From Candidatus Caenarcanales bacterium (GTDB lineage: Bacteria; Cyanobacteriota; Vampirovibrionia; LMEP-6097), in contig JABSOS010000009.1 of the NCBI GenBank assembly GCA_013216135.1, positions 28,258 to 92,257 on the forward strand: DNA of 64,000 nt, given 5' to 3'. This document shows positions 17,299 through 26,322 of the stretch, piece after piece (within the stretch, counting starts at the first letter, position 1; each line of letters starts with the position of its first letter). The position numbers and the translations under genes are program-made. The notes under the pieces are model-generated. The model was not told the origin of the DNA, ran no database searches, and saw nothing but the letters and a program-made list of their open reading frames with translations.

Positions 17299-18618
17299 AT
17301 GGTTACTTTTAAAGATATTTCATATTTAGATATTACATACAATATTAATTCAGAGAAAACTGATGAAAAATCAAATAATTTAACAGTAGCTCAAAATGCT
17401 GATACTGTTGAGCCTAATTCAGTTCAGCAAAACTATAGAAGCATTGATATTCCTGATAATTTAAATGGAGTTATATTTGATTCCTTTGGTACTTTTAATA
17501 TAGACACTGATGGTCTAGATTTTGAGAATTTAAATACAGATACAGCAAAATTTAGAGGACCTGGTGTTGAATGGCTTAATCAAGGAGCTATAGACGGTAA
17601 AACAATAGTTGATCAATTAGCTAATTTTGATTCGTCAGGAGCAGAGTTTGATTCACTTCGAATTAAGACTGATAACCCTGACGGGGATGAATCTGTTATT
17701 ACGACTATTCCTGAAATTGAAAAATATCAGGATAAGTTAATACAAGCCAGAAAAGCAGTAAATGACGAATGGGATGAAATTACCAGTAAAAATGATAACT
17801 ATAGATACAGAGGAAAAGTCTATGACGCAAGAAAAAATTTAGAAGTTTTAGAAAATCAATATAGAGATGATATTAAAAACTATGCTGAAAATGCTGAATT
17901 AACCGATGAACAAAAAGAAAAATTAGCTGAGTTAGACAAGGAATGGAATGAAAGTCAAAATATTTCTACTTCTACAAGTTCTGGATCATCTGGCAGTAAT
18001 ATTTCGACGAACCCAGCAGACTGGAATAATGTCTTTGCAGCTAATATAAACGCTGGTGATGGTAGGAGAACAGAGGTTTATAAACAAAGACTATTTAAAG
18101 GACAGTCTGGAAAAGTTTATGACTATACTAGTCAAGCTGATAAAGATTCTGGCCATGAGATAGATTATGCTCCAGCTTGGGCAATAATGGGTACCAGAAG
18201 AGACGGTGAAGATCTTTCTTCTAACAAAGCGATTATGTACAATCCAGGTGGTAATGCTACTTTAAATGTTAAAACTCAAGCTAATTTAGCTGGCAACTAT
18301 ATTGAATTAGACTATGGTAACGGTTTGCTTTCACAATTTTTACATGTACCTGATGCATCTATAGTTCGTGAAAATGGAAGAATTGTTGGTGTTAAAGATC
18401 CTAGCAATCCATCAAATGTTTTGAGAATAGGAGATACGATAACAGCTGGTCAAGCTTTTGGTTGGGTCGGTGCGACTGGTAACTCTACAGGTCCTCATGC
18501 TGATGTTAGGCATAAAATTAATGGAACAAGAATTGCAGCAAGAGGTTCTCAGCTTTTTCAGTATTTATCTCAATCTATCGAAAACGGCAGACCAAGTGGC
18601 TTAGCTAATAATGAATAA
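17299..18618 (+). CDS. LytM/M23-family domain protein with divergent metal-site motifs
   Basis: The C-terminus reads YIELDYGNGLLSQFLHV…GDTITAGQAFGWVGATGNSTGPHADVRH (M23 fold signature). The start is set at the ATG at 17299, which follows GAGGAGGG. No signal peptide. Confidence 0.65.
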   Translation: MVTFKDISYLDITYNINSEKTDEKSNNLTVAQNADTVEPNSVQQNYRSIDIPDNLNGVIFDSFGTFNIDTDGLDFENLNTDTAKFRGPGVEWLNQGAIDGKTIVDQLANFDSSGAEFDSLRIKTDNPDGDESVITTIPEIEKYQDKLIQARKAVNDEWDEITSKNDNYRYRGKVYDARKNLEVLENQYRDDIKNYAENAELTDEQKEKLAELDKEWNESQNISTSTSSGSSGSNISTNPADWNNVFAANINAGDGRRTEVYKQRLFKGQSGKVYDYTSQADKDSGHEIDYAPAWAIMGTRRDGEDLSSNKAIMYNPGGNATLNVKTQANLAGNYIELDYGNGLLSQFLHVPDASIVRENGRIVGVKDPSNPSNVLRIGDTITAGQAFGWVGATGNSTGPHADVRHKINGTRIAARGSQLFQYLSQSIENGRPSGLANNE

Positions 18619-18619
18619 A

Positions 18620-19267
18620 CTAAACTAAAGCAGCTTGCTGCAACTTAGCAAAGAACTCTTTATTAAACTCAAATGAGCTAGGGTTAGCAATTAAATGAGA
18701 AGTACAGTGCATTATCGTATGAATTGGCTCTAAACCATTCTCTTTAAGAGTCTTTCCAGTAGCGACTAAGTCGATAATAATATCTGTTAAATCTGTCAGA
18801 GGAGCTAATTCTACAGAACCATAGAGTTTAATTATTTCTACTTCAAGTCCACGCTTAGTGAAAAACTCCTTACTTAAATTGGGGAAAGTCGTTGCGATTC
18901 TAGCGTAGCTAGGCAGTTCTGCGATGCTTTTATAATTTCCCTGAATAGAACATACGCATAAGTCACAGTGACCATAATCTAAATCTAAAAGTGTATGAAC
19001 TTTAGCTTGGGAATCTAAAACTACGTCTAGACCTACGATACCGAAGTCAGCAGCACCATGCTCTACATAAACTGGCACATCGTGCCCTCTAACTAAAAGG
19101 AATTCAACATCATAATCTTTAAATTCTGGATTCGTTACGATTCCTTTTTTTATAAGTTTTCTTTTATTAGCTTCATTATCATCTAGCTCAATACCTCTTG
19201 CCTTGAAGAAGTCTACGGCGCCACCAAGTAAACCACCTTTTGATAATGCGATTTTTACTTTTTGCAT
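18620..19267 (-). CDS. hisG: ATP phosphoribosyltransferase, short form
   Basis: 215 aa, with LVATGKTLKENGL and the short HisG layout. It overlaps hisZ by 13 nt. Confidence 0.9.
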   Translation of the reverse strand: MQKVKIALSKGGLLGGAVDFFKARGIELDDNEANKRKLIKKGIVTNPEFKDYDVEFLLVRGHDVPVYVEHGAADFGIVGLDVVLDSQAKVHTLLDLDYGHCDLCVCSIQGNYKSIAELPSYARIATTFPNLSKEFFTKRGLEVEIIKLYGSVELAPLTDLTDIIIDLVATGKTLKENGLEPIHTIMHCTSHLIANPSSFEFNKEFFAKLQQAALV

Positions 19268-20307
19268 ATTAAAACCTTTTTCCCTTCTTTAAATTGACCT
19301 TTAGCCTCCTCATAGATTTCAGCCCATGATTTTGAACTATCTTTTAGTTCTACTTTCTGAGAGCTTTCTGTGATTTGGTCAAGTAAATTTAAATTAGCTA
19401 AAGCTGAAATTAATCTCGGGACATAGAATGCAAAACCTATAGCAGGTAAGTCTTCACCAAAGCTTTCATAGAGCTTATCGTACCTTCCGCCCATAGCGAT
19501 ATGGTTCCCTTCATCTTTAATAAGAACTTTAAAGTGAATTCCTGTATATAACTCGAGATCAGGGCACTCATAGGGAATGAATTTTATTTTATCTGAGATC
19601 GAAACTAAGTTTTTAAAGTCAGCTAAATCAATTCCTAACTCCTTTTCAAGTATTTCTACTAGCTCTGAATTACTTTTCATTAATAAGTCAGGTGAGTAGA
19701 TCGATTTTAAAATCTTATATTCATCTGATAATTTTTCAAAAGAAAGAAAATCGCCATTTAGTAAATAGTTGTAAGCTTTATCTGCAATTTCTTTTCCTAA
19801 AGCTTCATAGAGCTTATTCCAGATCTTGGTTTCAGTGATTGAGATTTGAAAATCTTCTAAGTTAAGTTCATTTGCAGAATCTAAAAGTAACTGGATTACT
19901 TCAAAATCAGAATAATTTTCTGTAGCTTTAGCTCCAATGTATTCGATACCGACTTGTTGGATTTCTCTAGATTCATCTGTAGAGCTTCCTTTATAGCGGT
20001 AAACAGAAGCGTTATAGTAAAGCTTTAATGGGAATTCTAACTCCTGGGCTCTGCCAGCGATAGCTTTAGCTATTGGTTGTGTAAGTTCTGTTCTTAAAGC
20101 TAGTGTCTCACCATCTTTATCAAGAAAAGTAAAAGTTTTATTAGTGAATTTTTTATTAGCTTTCTGGATTACATCTAAATCAACTAAACTCTGAACTACA
20201 ATTGGTTCATACGACCATCTTTCGTACAAGTCTATTAATTTACCCTTTACTGCAAGTTGCTTTCTTACATCTGAAGGTAGCCAAGTTTTAAGTCCTCTGA
20301 AAACCAT
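19255..20307 (-). CDS. hisZ: ATP phosphoribosyltransferase regulatory subunit (HisRS paralogue)
   Basis: 350-aa class II aaRS-like core without an anticodon-binding domain, immediately upstream of short-form hisG. Confidence 0.85.
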   Translation of the reverse strand: MVFRGLKTWLPSDVRKQLAVKGKLIDLYERWSYEPIVVQSLVDLDVIQKANKKFTNKTFTFLDKDGETLALRTELTQPIAKAIAGRAQELEFPLKLYYNASVYRYKGSSTDESREIQQVGIEYIGAKATENYSDFEVIQLLLDSANELNLEDFQISITETKIWNKLYEALGKEIADKAYNYLLNGDFLSFEKLSDEYKILKSIYSPDLLMKSNSELVEILEKELGIDLADFKNLVSISDKIKFIPYECPDLELYTGIHFKVLIKDEGNHIAMGGRYDKLYESFGEDLPAIGFAFYVPRLISALANLNLLDQITESSQKVELKDSSKSWAEIYEEAKGQFKEGKKVLICKK

Positions 20308-20323
20308 ATCTAAATGCTACTTT

Positions 20324-21175
20324 TTAGTTAGCGTTCATTATTCTATCAATATTTAAGAAGGTATTGCCTTTAAGACCAGTAATTACTGGAACATTAAGGT
20401 TATTGTTTTCGATAGCATCTAAGTATTCAAGTTCGGCTACTAAAGGATTTGCTCTAATTGCTTTACCTTTAATTTCTACTTCTTTTGCTTTAGCTTCACC
20501 CTGAATAATAGAGATTTTTTTCTCTTTTAGAGCGATCTCTTTTCTGATTTGAGCTAACTGTGCTTTTTGAAGAGCGATTTGTTTTCTTTCAATAGCTTCG
20601 ATGTATTCTGGTGAGAAAACGATTCTTCTAATTAAAACATCGTGCAGTTTGAAACCAGACTGACCAAATGATTCAGATAGAAGTTCTCTTGCTATTTTTG
20701 CCACTTCTTTACGAGCAGTTTCTGTATAAAGAGCGTCAGCAACTTGCATAGCAATTACCTCTTGCATGATTTTACCAGTCTTAGACTTAAGAACAGGTGC
20801 GTAGTCAGCTCTTAGCTTCTGGTAAACTTCAGGAGCTTTGTCTTGGATCATTTGTGTTAATAAAGACATCTCTATCCCTACGATCTGACCGTCACGAGTT
20901 TTAGCTACAATCGGATCGCCTAATCTACCTACGTCATAAACATCTCCAGTAAAAGAAAGTGTATTTATTCTAGTGTCAAAGATAATTAGTGATTGAACAA
21001 AAGGCACTAAGAAGTGTAATCCTTCTTTTAAAGGTTTTTCCTGAACACCACCGCTGATGTTAAATACTACTCCAGTCCTACCAGCATTAATGATCCTAAC
21101 TGACTGAGAGACTAAAGCTAAAATTGCAAATATTGCTATTAAAGTTATTTCTTTTTTTAATCCTAATCCAAACAT
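20324..21175 (-). CDS. SPFH/Band 7/prohibitin-family membrane protein
   Basis: N-terminal TM segment. GLHFLVPFVQSLIIFDTR, followed by the coiled coil EYIEAIERKQIALQKAQLAQ. Confidence 0.85.
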   Translation of the reverse strand: MFGLGLKKEITLIAIFAILALVSQSVRIINAGRTGVVFNISGGVQEKPLKEGLHFLVPFVQSLIIFDTRINTLSFTGDVYDVGRLGDPIVAKTRDGQIVGIEMSLLTQMIQDKAPEVYQKLRADYAPVLKSKTGKIMQEVIAMQVADALYTETARKEVAKIARELLSESFGQSGFKLHDVLIRRIVFSPEYIEAIERKQIALQKAQLAQIRKEIALKEKKISIIQGEAKAKEVEIKGKAIRANPLVAELEYLDAIENNNLNVPVITGLKGNTFLNIDRIMNAN

Positions 21176-21186
21176 AAAAATTTCCC

Positions 21187-22092
21187 TTATAAGTCGTTGT
21201 CTATGACAAGTTTCGCTCTTTTACCTAAAATTTGAGCTTTTTTAAATTTCACATATGAGCTACCAAATCTATTTAAAGCATTTACTTTTAACTGAATAGC
21301 TTTCGCTTCACCCTCTGCTCTAGTGATAATGGCATCTCTTTCGTTTTGTTTTTCAATAATAATATTGTCTTTAGTATCAAGTTCAATTCTTGCTTTTTGT
21401 TTCTCTTCGATTGCGTTTTGATAAGCATCTGAGAATGTAACTTTATCAAGTAAGAACTCCGTTAAAACTACTTTATATTCTGATAATTTAGTTTCTATAG
21501 TTTTTGAAATCTTTTCTGCAATTACTCTTCTATCTTCACTGTAAATAGCTGAAACAGTGTAACCAGCGATTACTTCTCTAACTATACTTCTTACGGTAGG
21601 GTTAATTACTTTATATACATATGAAGATTTATAAGTATCTTGTCCGAGTTCCTTATGTAACCACCACAGTTCTTTAAAATCAGGTCTTGCTCTAACAGTG
21701 ACATCGACAGAGATTCCTTGACCATCAGCAGTTAATGTATCTATTGAATTACCTAAAATCTTAGCTGAAGTGTTTCTAGATCTTTCAGCGCTATCGTCAT
21801 CACTAAAGATGTAACTGATTTCCCTTACGTTATATATTACTGCTTGCTGCAATAACGGAACCACGAACTGTATACCTTCTTCCAGGACTCTTTGTTGCAT
21901 TCCTGTAACGCGATTGAAGATTACGGCCCTTTGACCAGCACCTACTAGAACCACAATATTAGGCAGAATGAAGATAAGAACTAAAATGACAGCAAGTTTA
22001 ATTTTGTTCTTATTTAAGAAGTCATCTGGGTCGAAACCACCTCTATTCGGGTTATTAGGGTTAAAAAAATCTGAAAGATTTGGGCTATTCAT
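21187..22092 (-). CDS. SPFH/Band 7/prohibitin-family membrane protein
   Basis: Paralogue of the neighbouring gene. It has a TM segment, then GIQFVVPLLQQAVIYNVR and YQNAIEEKQKARIE. Confidence 0.85.
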   Translation of the reverse strand: MNSPNLSDFFNPNNPNRGGFDPDDFLNKNKIKLAVILVLIFILPNIVVLVGAGQRAVIFNRVTGMQQRVLEEGIQFVVPLLQQAVIYNVREISYIFSDDDSAERSRNTSAKILGNSIDTLTADGQGISVDVTVRARPDFKELWWLHKELGQDTYKSSYVYKVINPTVRSIVREVIAGYTVSAIYSEDRRVIAEKISKTIETKLSEYKVVLTEFLLDKVTFSDAYQNAIEEKQKARIELDTKDNIIIEKQNERDAIITRAEGEAKAIQLKVNALNRFGSSYVKFKKAQILGKRAKLVIDNDL

Positions 22093-22139
22093 ACAAAAAA
22101 CAATGATAACACTAAATTTTTGTTTTATAATCTATCTCT

Positions 22140-23168
22140 ATGAGTAAAGTAAAAGTAGGTATTAATGGTTTTGGACGTATCGGTAGAAACGTATTCCGTG
22201 TCCTAAATGAAAATTTTGTTGATCAGATTGAGGTTCTTGTAATTAATGACCCATTCTCAGATCCAGAAGCTTCTGCACATTTAATTAAGTACGATAGTAT
22301 TTTAGGAAGATTTAATGGTGAAGTTAAGGCTGATGAGTCTTCTATCACTGTTAACGGCAGAACTTCTAAATTCACTAAAGAAAAAGAATTAGCTAAATTA
22401 AACTGGGGAGCACAAGGCGTAGATGTAGTTCTTGAATGTTCTGGTGTATTCACTGATGGTGAAAAAGCTAAAGATCACTTAGCGGCAGGTGCTAAGAAAG
22501 TATTAATCTCAGCTCCAGCTAAAAACGAAGATATCACTATCGTTTTAGGTGTTAACGAAGATAAGTATGATCCAGCTAGCCATAACATCATCTCTAATGC
22601 TAGTTGTACTACTAACTGTTTAGCTCCAGTAACTAAAGTATTAGATGACAACTTCACTATCCTTAACGGTATGATGACTACGATTCATGCTTACACTTCA
22701 GATCAGAGATTACTAGATAACGCGCATAAAGATCCTAGAAGATCTAGAGCTGCTGGAATGTCTATGATTCCTACTACTACTGGAGCTGCTAAAGCTATCG
22801 GTTTAGTATTACCTCACCTTCAAGGTAAATTAAATGGTTACGCTATGAGAGTTCCTACTCCTAACGTTTCTGTAGTAGATACTGTATTTAGCTTCGAGAA
22901 AGCGGTTTCTAAAGAACAAGTAAACGAAGTTCTTAAGTCAGCTGCACACACTACTTTAAAAGGTATCTTAGATTACACTGATGATCCTTTAGTATCTATC
23001 GACTTTAAAGGTGATTCACACTCTTCTATCGTAGATGGTTCTATGACTATGGTTCTTGCAGACACTCAAGTTAAAGTTCTTTCTTGGTACGATAACGAGT
23101 ATGGTTACTCTAACAGACTTTGTGATCTTGCGGTTCTTGTAGGTTCTAAACTACCTGTAGCAGCTTAG
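22140..23168 (+). CDS. gap: glyceraldehyde-3-phosphate dehydrogenase
   Basis: INGFGRIGRNV, the active site SNASCTTNCLAP and WYDNEYGYSNR. Confidence 0.95.
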   Translation: MSKVKVGINGFGRIGRNVFRVLNENFVDQIEVLVINDPFSDPEASAHLIKYDSILGRFNGEVKADESSITVNGRTSKFTKEKELAKLNWGAQGVDVVLECSGVFTDGEKAKDHLAAGAKKVLISAPAKNEDITIVLGVNEDKYDPASHNIISNASCTTNCLAPVTKVLDDNFTILNGMMTTIHAYTSDQRLLDNAHKDPRRSRAAGMSMIPTTTGAAKAIGLVLPHLQGKLNGYAMRVPTPNVSVVDTVFSFEKAVSKEQVNEVLKSAAHTTLKGILDYTDDPLVSIDFKGDSHSSIVDGSMTMVLADTQVKVLSWYDNEYGYSNRLCDLAVLVGSKLPVAA

Positions 23169-23290
23169 AGAATCATCTTTTAGCTTTATGCTGCGTTGTA
23201 AAAGCTTTTCAAATTTATCATTGACCTTAGTCAACTCAAAATTTTCAAAACTTCTACGCCTTGCCTAAATCTAAAATCTAATCCTCTAAG
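23164..23290 (+). other. imperfect palindrome of about 125 nt (long hairpin) starting in the gap stop codon
   Basis: The left arm 23164-23216 and right arm 23238-23290 are about 70% complementary. The apical mini-palindrome is TTGACCTTAGTCAA. The true terminator lies 20 nt downstream. Confidence 0.6.
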
Positions 23291-23310
23291 ACTTAGATTT
23301 GTTAATCTTT

Positions 23311-23344
23311 GGAACCGAATGCTTTAGCATTCGGTTCTTTTTTG
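23311..23344 (+). terminator. intrinsic terminator of gap
   Basis: GAACCGAATGC-TTTA-GCATTCGGTTC forms an 11-bp stem, followed by TTTTTTG. Confidence 0.85.
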
Positions 23345-23425
23345 TTATATGTAATAATTGTTTAAAAATAACAGGTTTCTGCATTTTTAGGCTACTGATT
23401 CGTATTATGTAGTAAAGTTGAATAG

Positions 23426-24343
23426 TTGCTTAGTGTTTCACAACTCCTTTTTATAACTATTGTTGGTGTTCTTTGGGTCACTTATGATGCTATTCGTAAA
23501 GTTTTAGTAAATCGTATTAAGCTTCTTCCGTTACTAATTTTTTTGGAAATTGGACAAGGCTCAGCCTATTTTATTTATTCTTATTTAACGGGAAATTTGA
23601 TTTTTAATACTGGGTATTTATTGCCGGGCATTGTCACTGCAATTTTTGCAGCATCAGGAACTTTTCTATTAACCTACTCGATTTCGATTTCACCTCTAAG
23701 TAGCGTAATTCCATTTCTTTCTTTTTTACCTTTTTTTACGGTAATTTTTGGAGCTTTAATCTTAAAAGAAAGTATGACTATACTTCAGTTTATAGGTTTG
23801 ATATTACTAGTTCTAGCTTCTTTAATTATTAATTTTAAAGGGGAAAGAGTAGATTCTTTTACAGGACTCTTCAAGCAACTTTATAAAGACCTTGTTTCAG
23901 AGAAAGGTTGTCTTTTTATGATCCTTACATCTCTTCTCTGGGCTTTTGCAATTCCTTTCGATAAGATCTCTATGGGCTTTGTTGGTCCTTATTCACACGC
24001 TCTCTATCATTCGATTTCGTCAGCAACTATCTTTTCAATAGCTAGAATGTTTTCAAAGAAAGCCCCCTGGGGTACTGATAAGTATATGTTAGGTCATAAC
24101 TTTAATAGTTCTAAATGGTTTATTTTATTAGGTGTTTTGAATGCTGCAACAGCATTACTTCTGCAATTCATTGCTTATCAGAAGTTTGATGTAGGTTTTG
24201 TTGAGTCTTACAAAAGAGCAGTTTCGCTTATTGCAAACTTATTTATAGGTTTTCTTTTATTTAAAGAACCTATGAATAAATTTAAAGTGATGGGGACGCT
24301 TTTAGTTTTGTTTGCTACTTTACTTATTCTTGATATATTTTGA
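23426..24343 (+). CDS. DMT-superfamily (EamA-like) transporter
   Basis: 305 aa with about 10 hydrophobic helices in two halves. TTG start. Confidence 0.6.
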   Translation: MLSVSQLLFITIVGVLWVTYDAIRKVLVNRIKLLPLLIFLEIGQGSAYFIYSYLTGNLIFNTGYLLPGIVTAIFAASGTFLLTYSISISPLSSVIPFLSFLPFFTVIFGALILKESMTILQFIGLILLVLASLIINFKGERVDSFTGLFKQLYKDLVSEKGCLFMILTSLLWAFAIPFDKISMGFVGPYSHALYHSISSATIFSIARMFSKKAPWGTDKYMLGHNFNSSKWFILLGVLNAATALLLQFIAYQKFDVGFVESYKRAVSLIANLFIGFLLFKEPMNKFKVMGTLLVLFATLLILDIF

Positions 24344-24353
24344 CAGAATCTAT

Positions 24354-25052
24354 TTAAGGATCTGCGTTAAGACTTCTGCTAACTTCATACCATCTGGTTC
24401 CATCTGAAACTAGTTCTAAAGTGTCATTTGGGTAGAAATGGAAGTCATCTTCTTCGTAGAGAATGATTTCGTATGTTGCATCACTATCATCACTTTCTAC
24501 AGTAACGCAGTTACTACCAGTAAATAGAATTAAAACTCTTTGTCCTTCAACTCCTGCGTTTTTAACTCCGAATATCTCAATATCAGGGTCTAAAGATTCA
24601 ACTTTTATAAAATTTATATCAGTTAAATCAAGCTCATTATCTTCATCACTAGGTTCTTCATCAAAGATTTGTGTAGAACTTGCTTTTGCAAATGGAGTTA
24701 AACCTGCAATCTTAGATGAGGCTATACTGTTAACTTTTTCTGTGGTAACAGCTTCGCTGGCTAATTTTGCTGTTGTTACGGAGCCGTCTGCTAAAGTGCC
24801 AGCAGGTCCTTGTGGACCAGTAGCCCCAGGTAGTCCAGCTGGACCTTGAGGTCCTTGTTCACCTTGAGCACCTTGGAGATTCACACCTGTGTCAGTCTCT
24901 GCTGGAATAGTTGGAGCATTAGTTAATATTTGATTAGAGTTAGCTGGTAGATCCCCATTTAAAAGAATATCCTCTGCTGTTGATTTTCTTAGTAAAAGTC
25001 TTGAAAACCCTTGAGCCTGCTCTGGACTAATATTTGCGCCACTAATCTTCAA
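24354..25052 (-). CDS. collagen-triple-helix-repeat protein (tail-fibre-like)
   Basis: Eight uninterrupted GXY triplets (GAQGEQGPQGPAGLPGATGPQGPAG), followed by LADGSVTTAKLASEAVTTEKV. The TTG start overlaps the upstream stop codon. Confidence 0.65.
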   Translation of the reverse strand: MKISGANISPEQAQGFSRLLLRKSTAEDILLNGDLPANSNQILTNAPTIPAETDTGVNLQGAQGEQGPQGPAGLPGATGPQGPAGTLADGSVTTAKLASEAVTTEKVNSIASSKIAGLTPFAKASSTQIFDEEPSDEDNELDLTDINFIKVESLDPDIEIFGVKNAGVEGQRVLILFTGSNCVTVESDDSDATYEIILYEEDDFHFYPNDTLELVSDGTRWYEVSRSLNADP

Positions 25053-25339
25053 GATTGCCTATACATATTGCTTCCACCCTCAGCTAGTAATGGAAGAGAA
25101 ACTTGAGCTCTAGTGTTTGTTTTATTTAAAGCACTATTAAGTGTAAATTCTTGATTATCAGCAGTTACAATACTAACCTTAAAAGGATTTGAACTATTTG
25201 ATAGTTTAGTATCAGCTTTTGCTTTAAGTGTTATTACTGTATTTTCATATAATACATCTGGCACTGATCTTCTTTTCACTGCAGCTGTTGAAGGGAAAAG
25301 ACTTGTGAACGCTAATAAAGCTAGAGCTTTTTTAATCAT
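25049..25339 (-). CDS. small secreted hypothetical protein
   Basis: 96 aa with the signal peptide MIKKALALLAFTSLFPSTAA. Translationally coupled to the collagen-repeat gene. Confidence 0.55.
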   Translation of the reverse strand: MIKKALALLAFTSLFPSTAAVKRRSVPDVLYENTVITLKAKADTKLSNSSNPFKVSIVTADNQEFTLNSALNKTNTRAQVSLPLLAEGGSNMYRQS

Positions 25340-25407
25340 TAAAGAAATTATATTATGTTAGTTTATATATTTGCTTGGTAAATCATTAATACTATTTCTT
25401 GCCTGCT

Positions 25408-26322
25408 TTAATTCCTATAAAACCACTTTATGCGTGTGTTTGCTCTAAACCAAGTCATCTGTTTTTTAGCATAGCGTCTAGTTTTTAACTGAATTTCTCG
25501 TCTTGCTTCACTTAAACTTTTCTTCTCACCTTTTAGGTAAGAGATGATTTCTTTATAACCGATAGTACTAAGTAAAGTCTGGCTTTCTCCGTAGCGATTC
25601 ATCAAATCCTCTACTTCATGAACAAGTCCTTTATTAATCATTTTTATTACTCTTGCATTTATTAAGTCATAAAGTGTTCTTCTCTTTTCGAAGTTTAAAC
25701 CTATATAAATCGTGTCATATCTGTTTTTACTAGCTTTGCTTCTAAGTTCAGCAAGTGGCTGCCCACTTGACTTGACTAATTCAATAGCTCTAATTAGACG
25801 GATTTTATTATCCATATCTACTTGTAAATGTGCTTTAGGGTCTAAGTCATTTAAAATTTTTGCAAGTTCTTCTGTTTCTAATGCTTTTAACTCTTCACGC
25901 AGTTCGTCATTTGAACCTAGTTCTGGCATATTTAAATTTTCTAAAGCTGCTTTTGCGTAAAGTCCAGTACCACCTACAACCACAAATTTTTTAGTTAGCT
26001 CTCCATTTTCATTAGTATGAGTCTGAATCAAATTATCAAAATCTTTTTGGAATTCAGCGGCTGAATAAATCTCATCAGGTTTCTTTAGATTTACTAAATT
26101 GTGCTTAACTTCATCTAATTCAGCTTGACTTGGCTTTGCTGTTCCAATATTCATTTCATCAAAAATCAGTCTACTATCACAGTTGATTATCTCTGCACCA
26201 CTGTGTTTTGCGATTTCTATTGCGATATCACTTTTACCAGTGCAGGTAGGACCTAAAACTGCGATTAGCTTTTTTTCACTACTATCAATATAATTAAGTA
26301 TAGATTCCAGATCGTATGACAT
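25408..26322 (-). CDS. miaA: tRNA dimethylallyltransferase
   Basis: P-loop GPTCTGKS, a DSRLIF…MNIGTAKP block and a C-terminal YAKKQMTWFR. Confidence 0.9.
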   Translation of the reverse strand: MSYDLESILNYIDSSEKKLIAVLGPTCTGKSDIAIEIAKHSGAEIINCDSRLIFDEMNIGTAKPSQAELDEVKHNLVNLKKPDEIYSAAEFQKDFDNLIQTHTNENGELTKKFVVVGGTGLYAKAALENLNMPELGSNDELREELKALETEELAKILNDLDPKAHLQVDMDNKIRLIRAIELVKSSGQPLAELRSKASKNRYDTIYIGLNFEKRRTLYDLINARVIKMINKGLVHEVEDLMNRYGESQTLLSTIGYKEIISYLKGEKKSLSEARREIQLKTRRYAKKQMTWFRANTRIKWFYRN

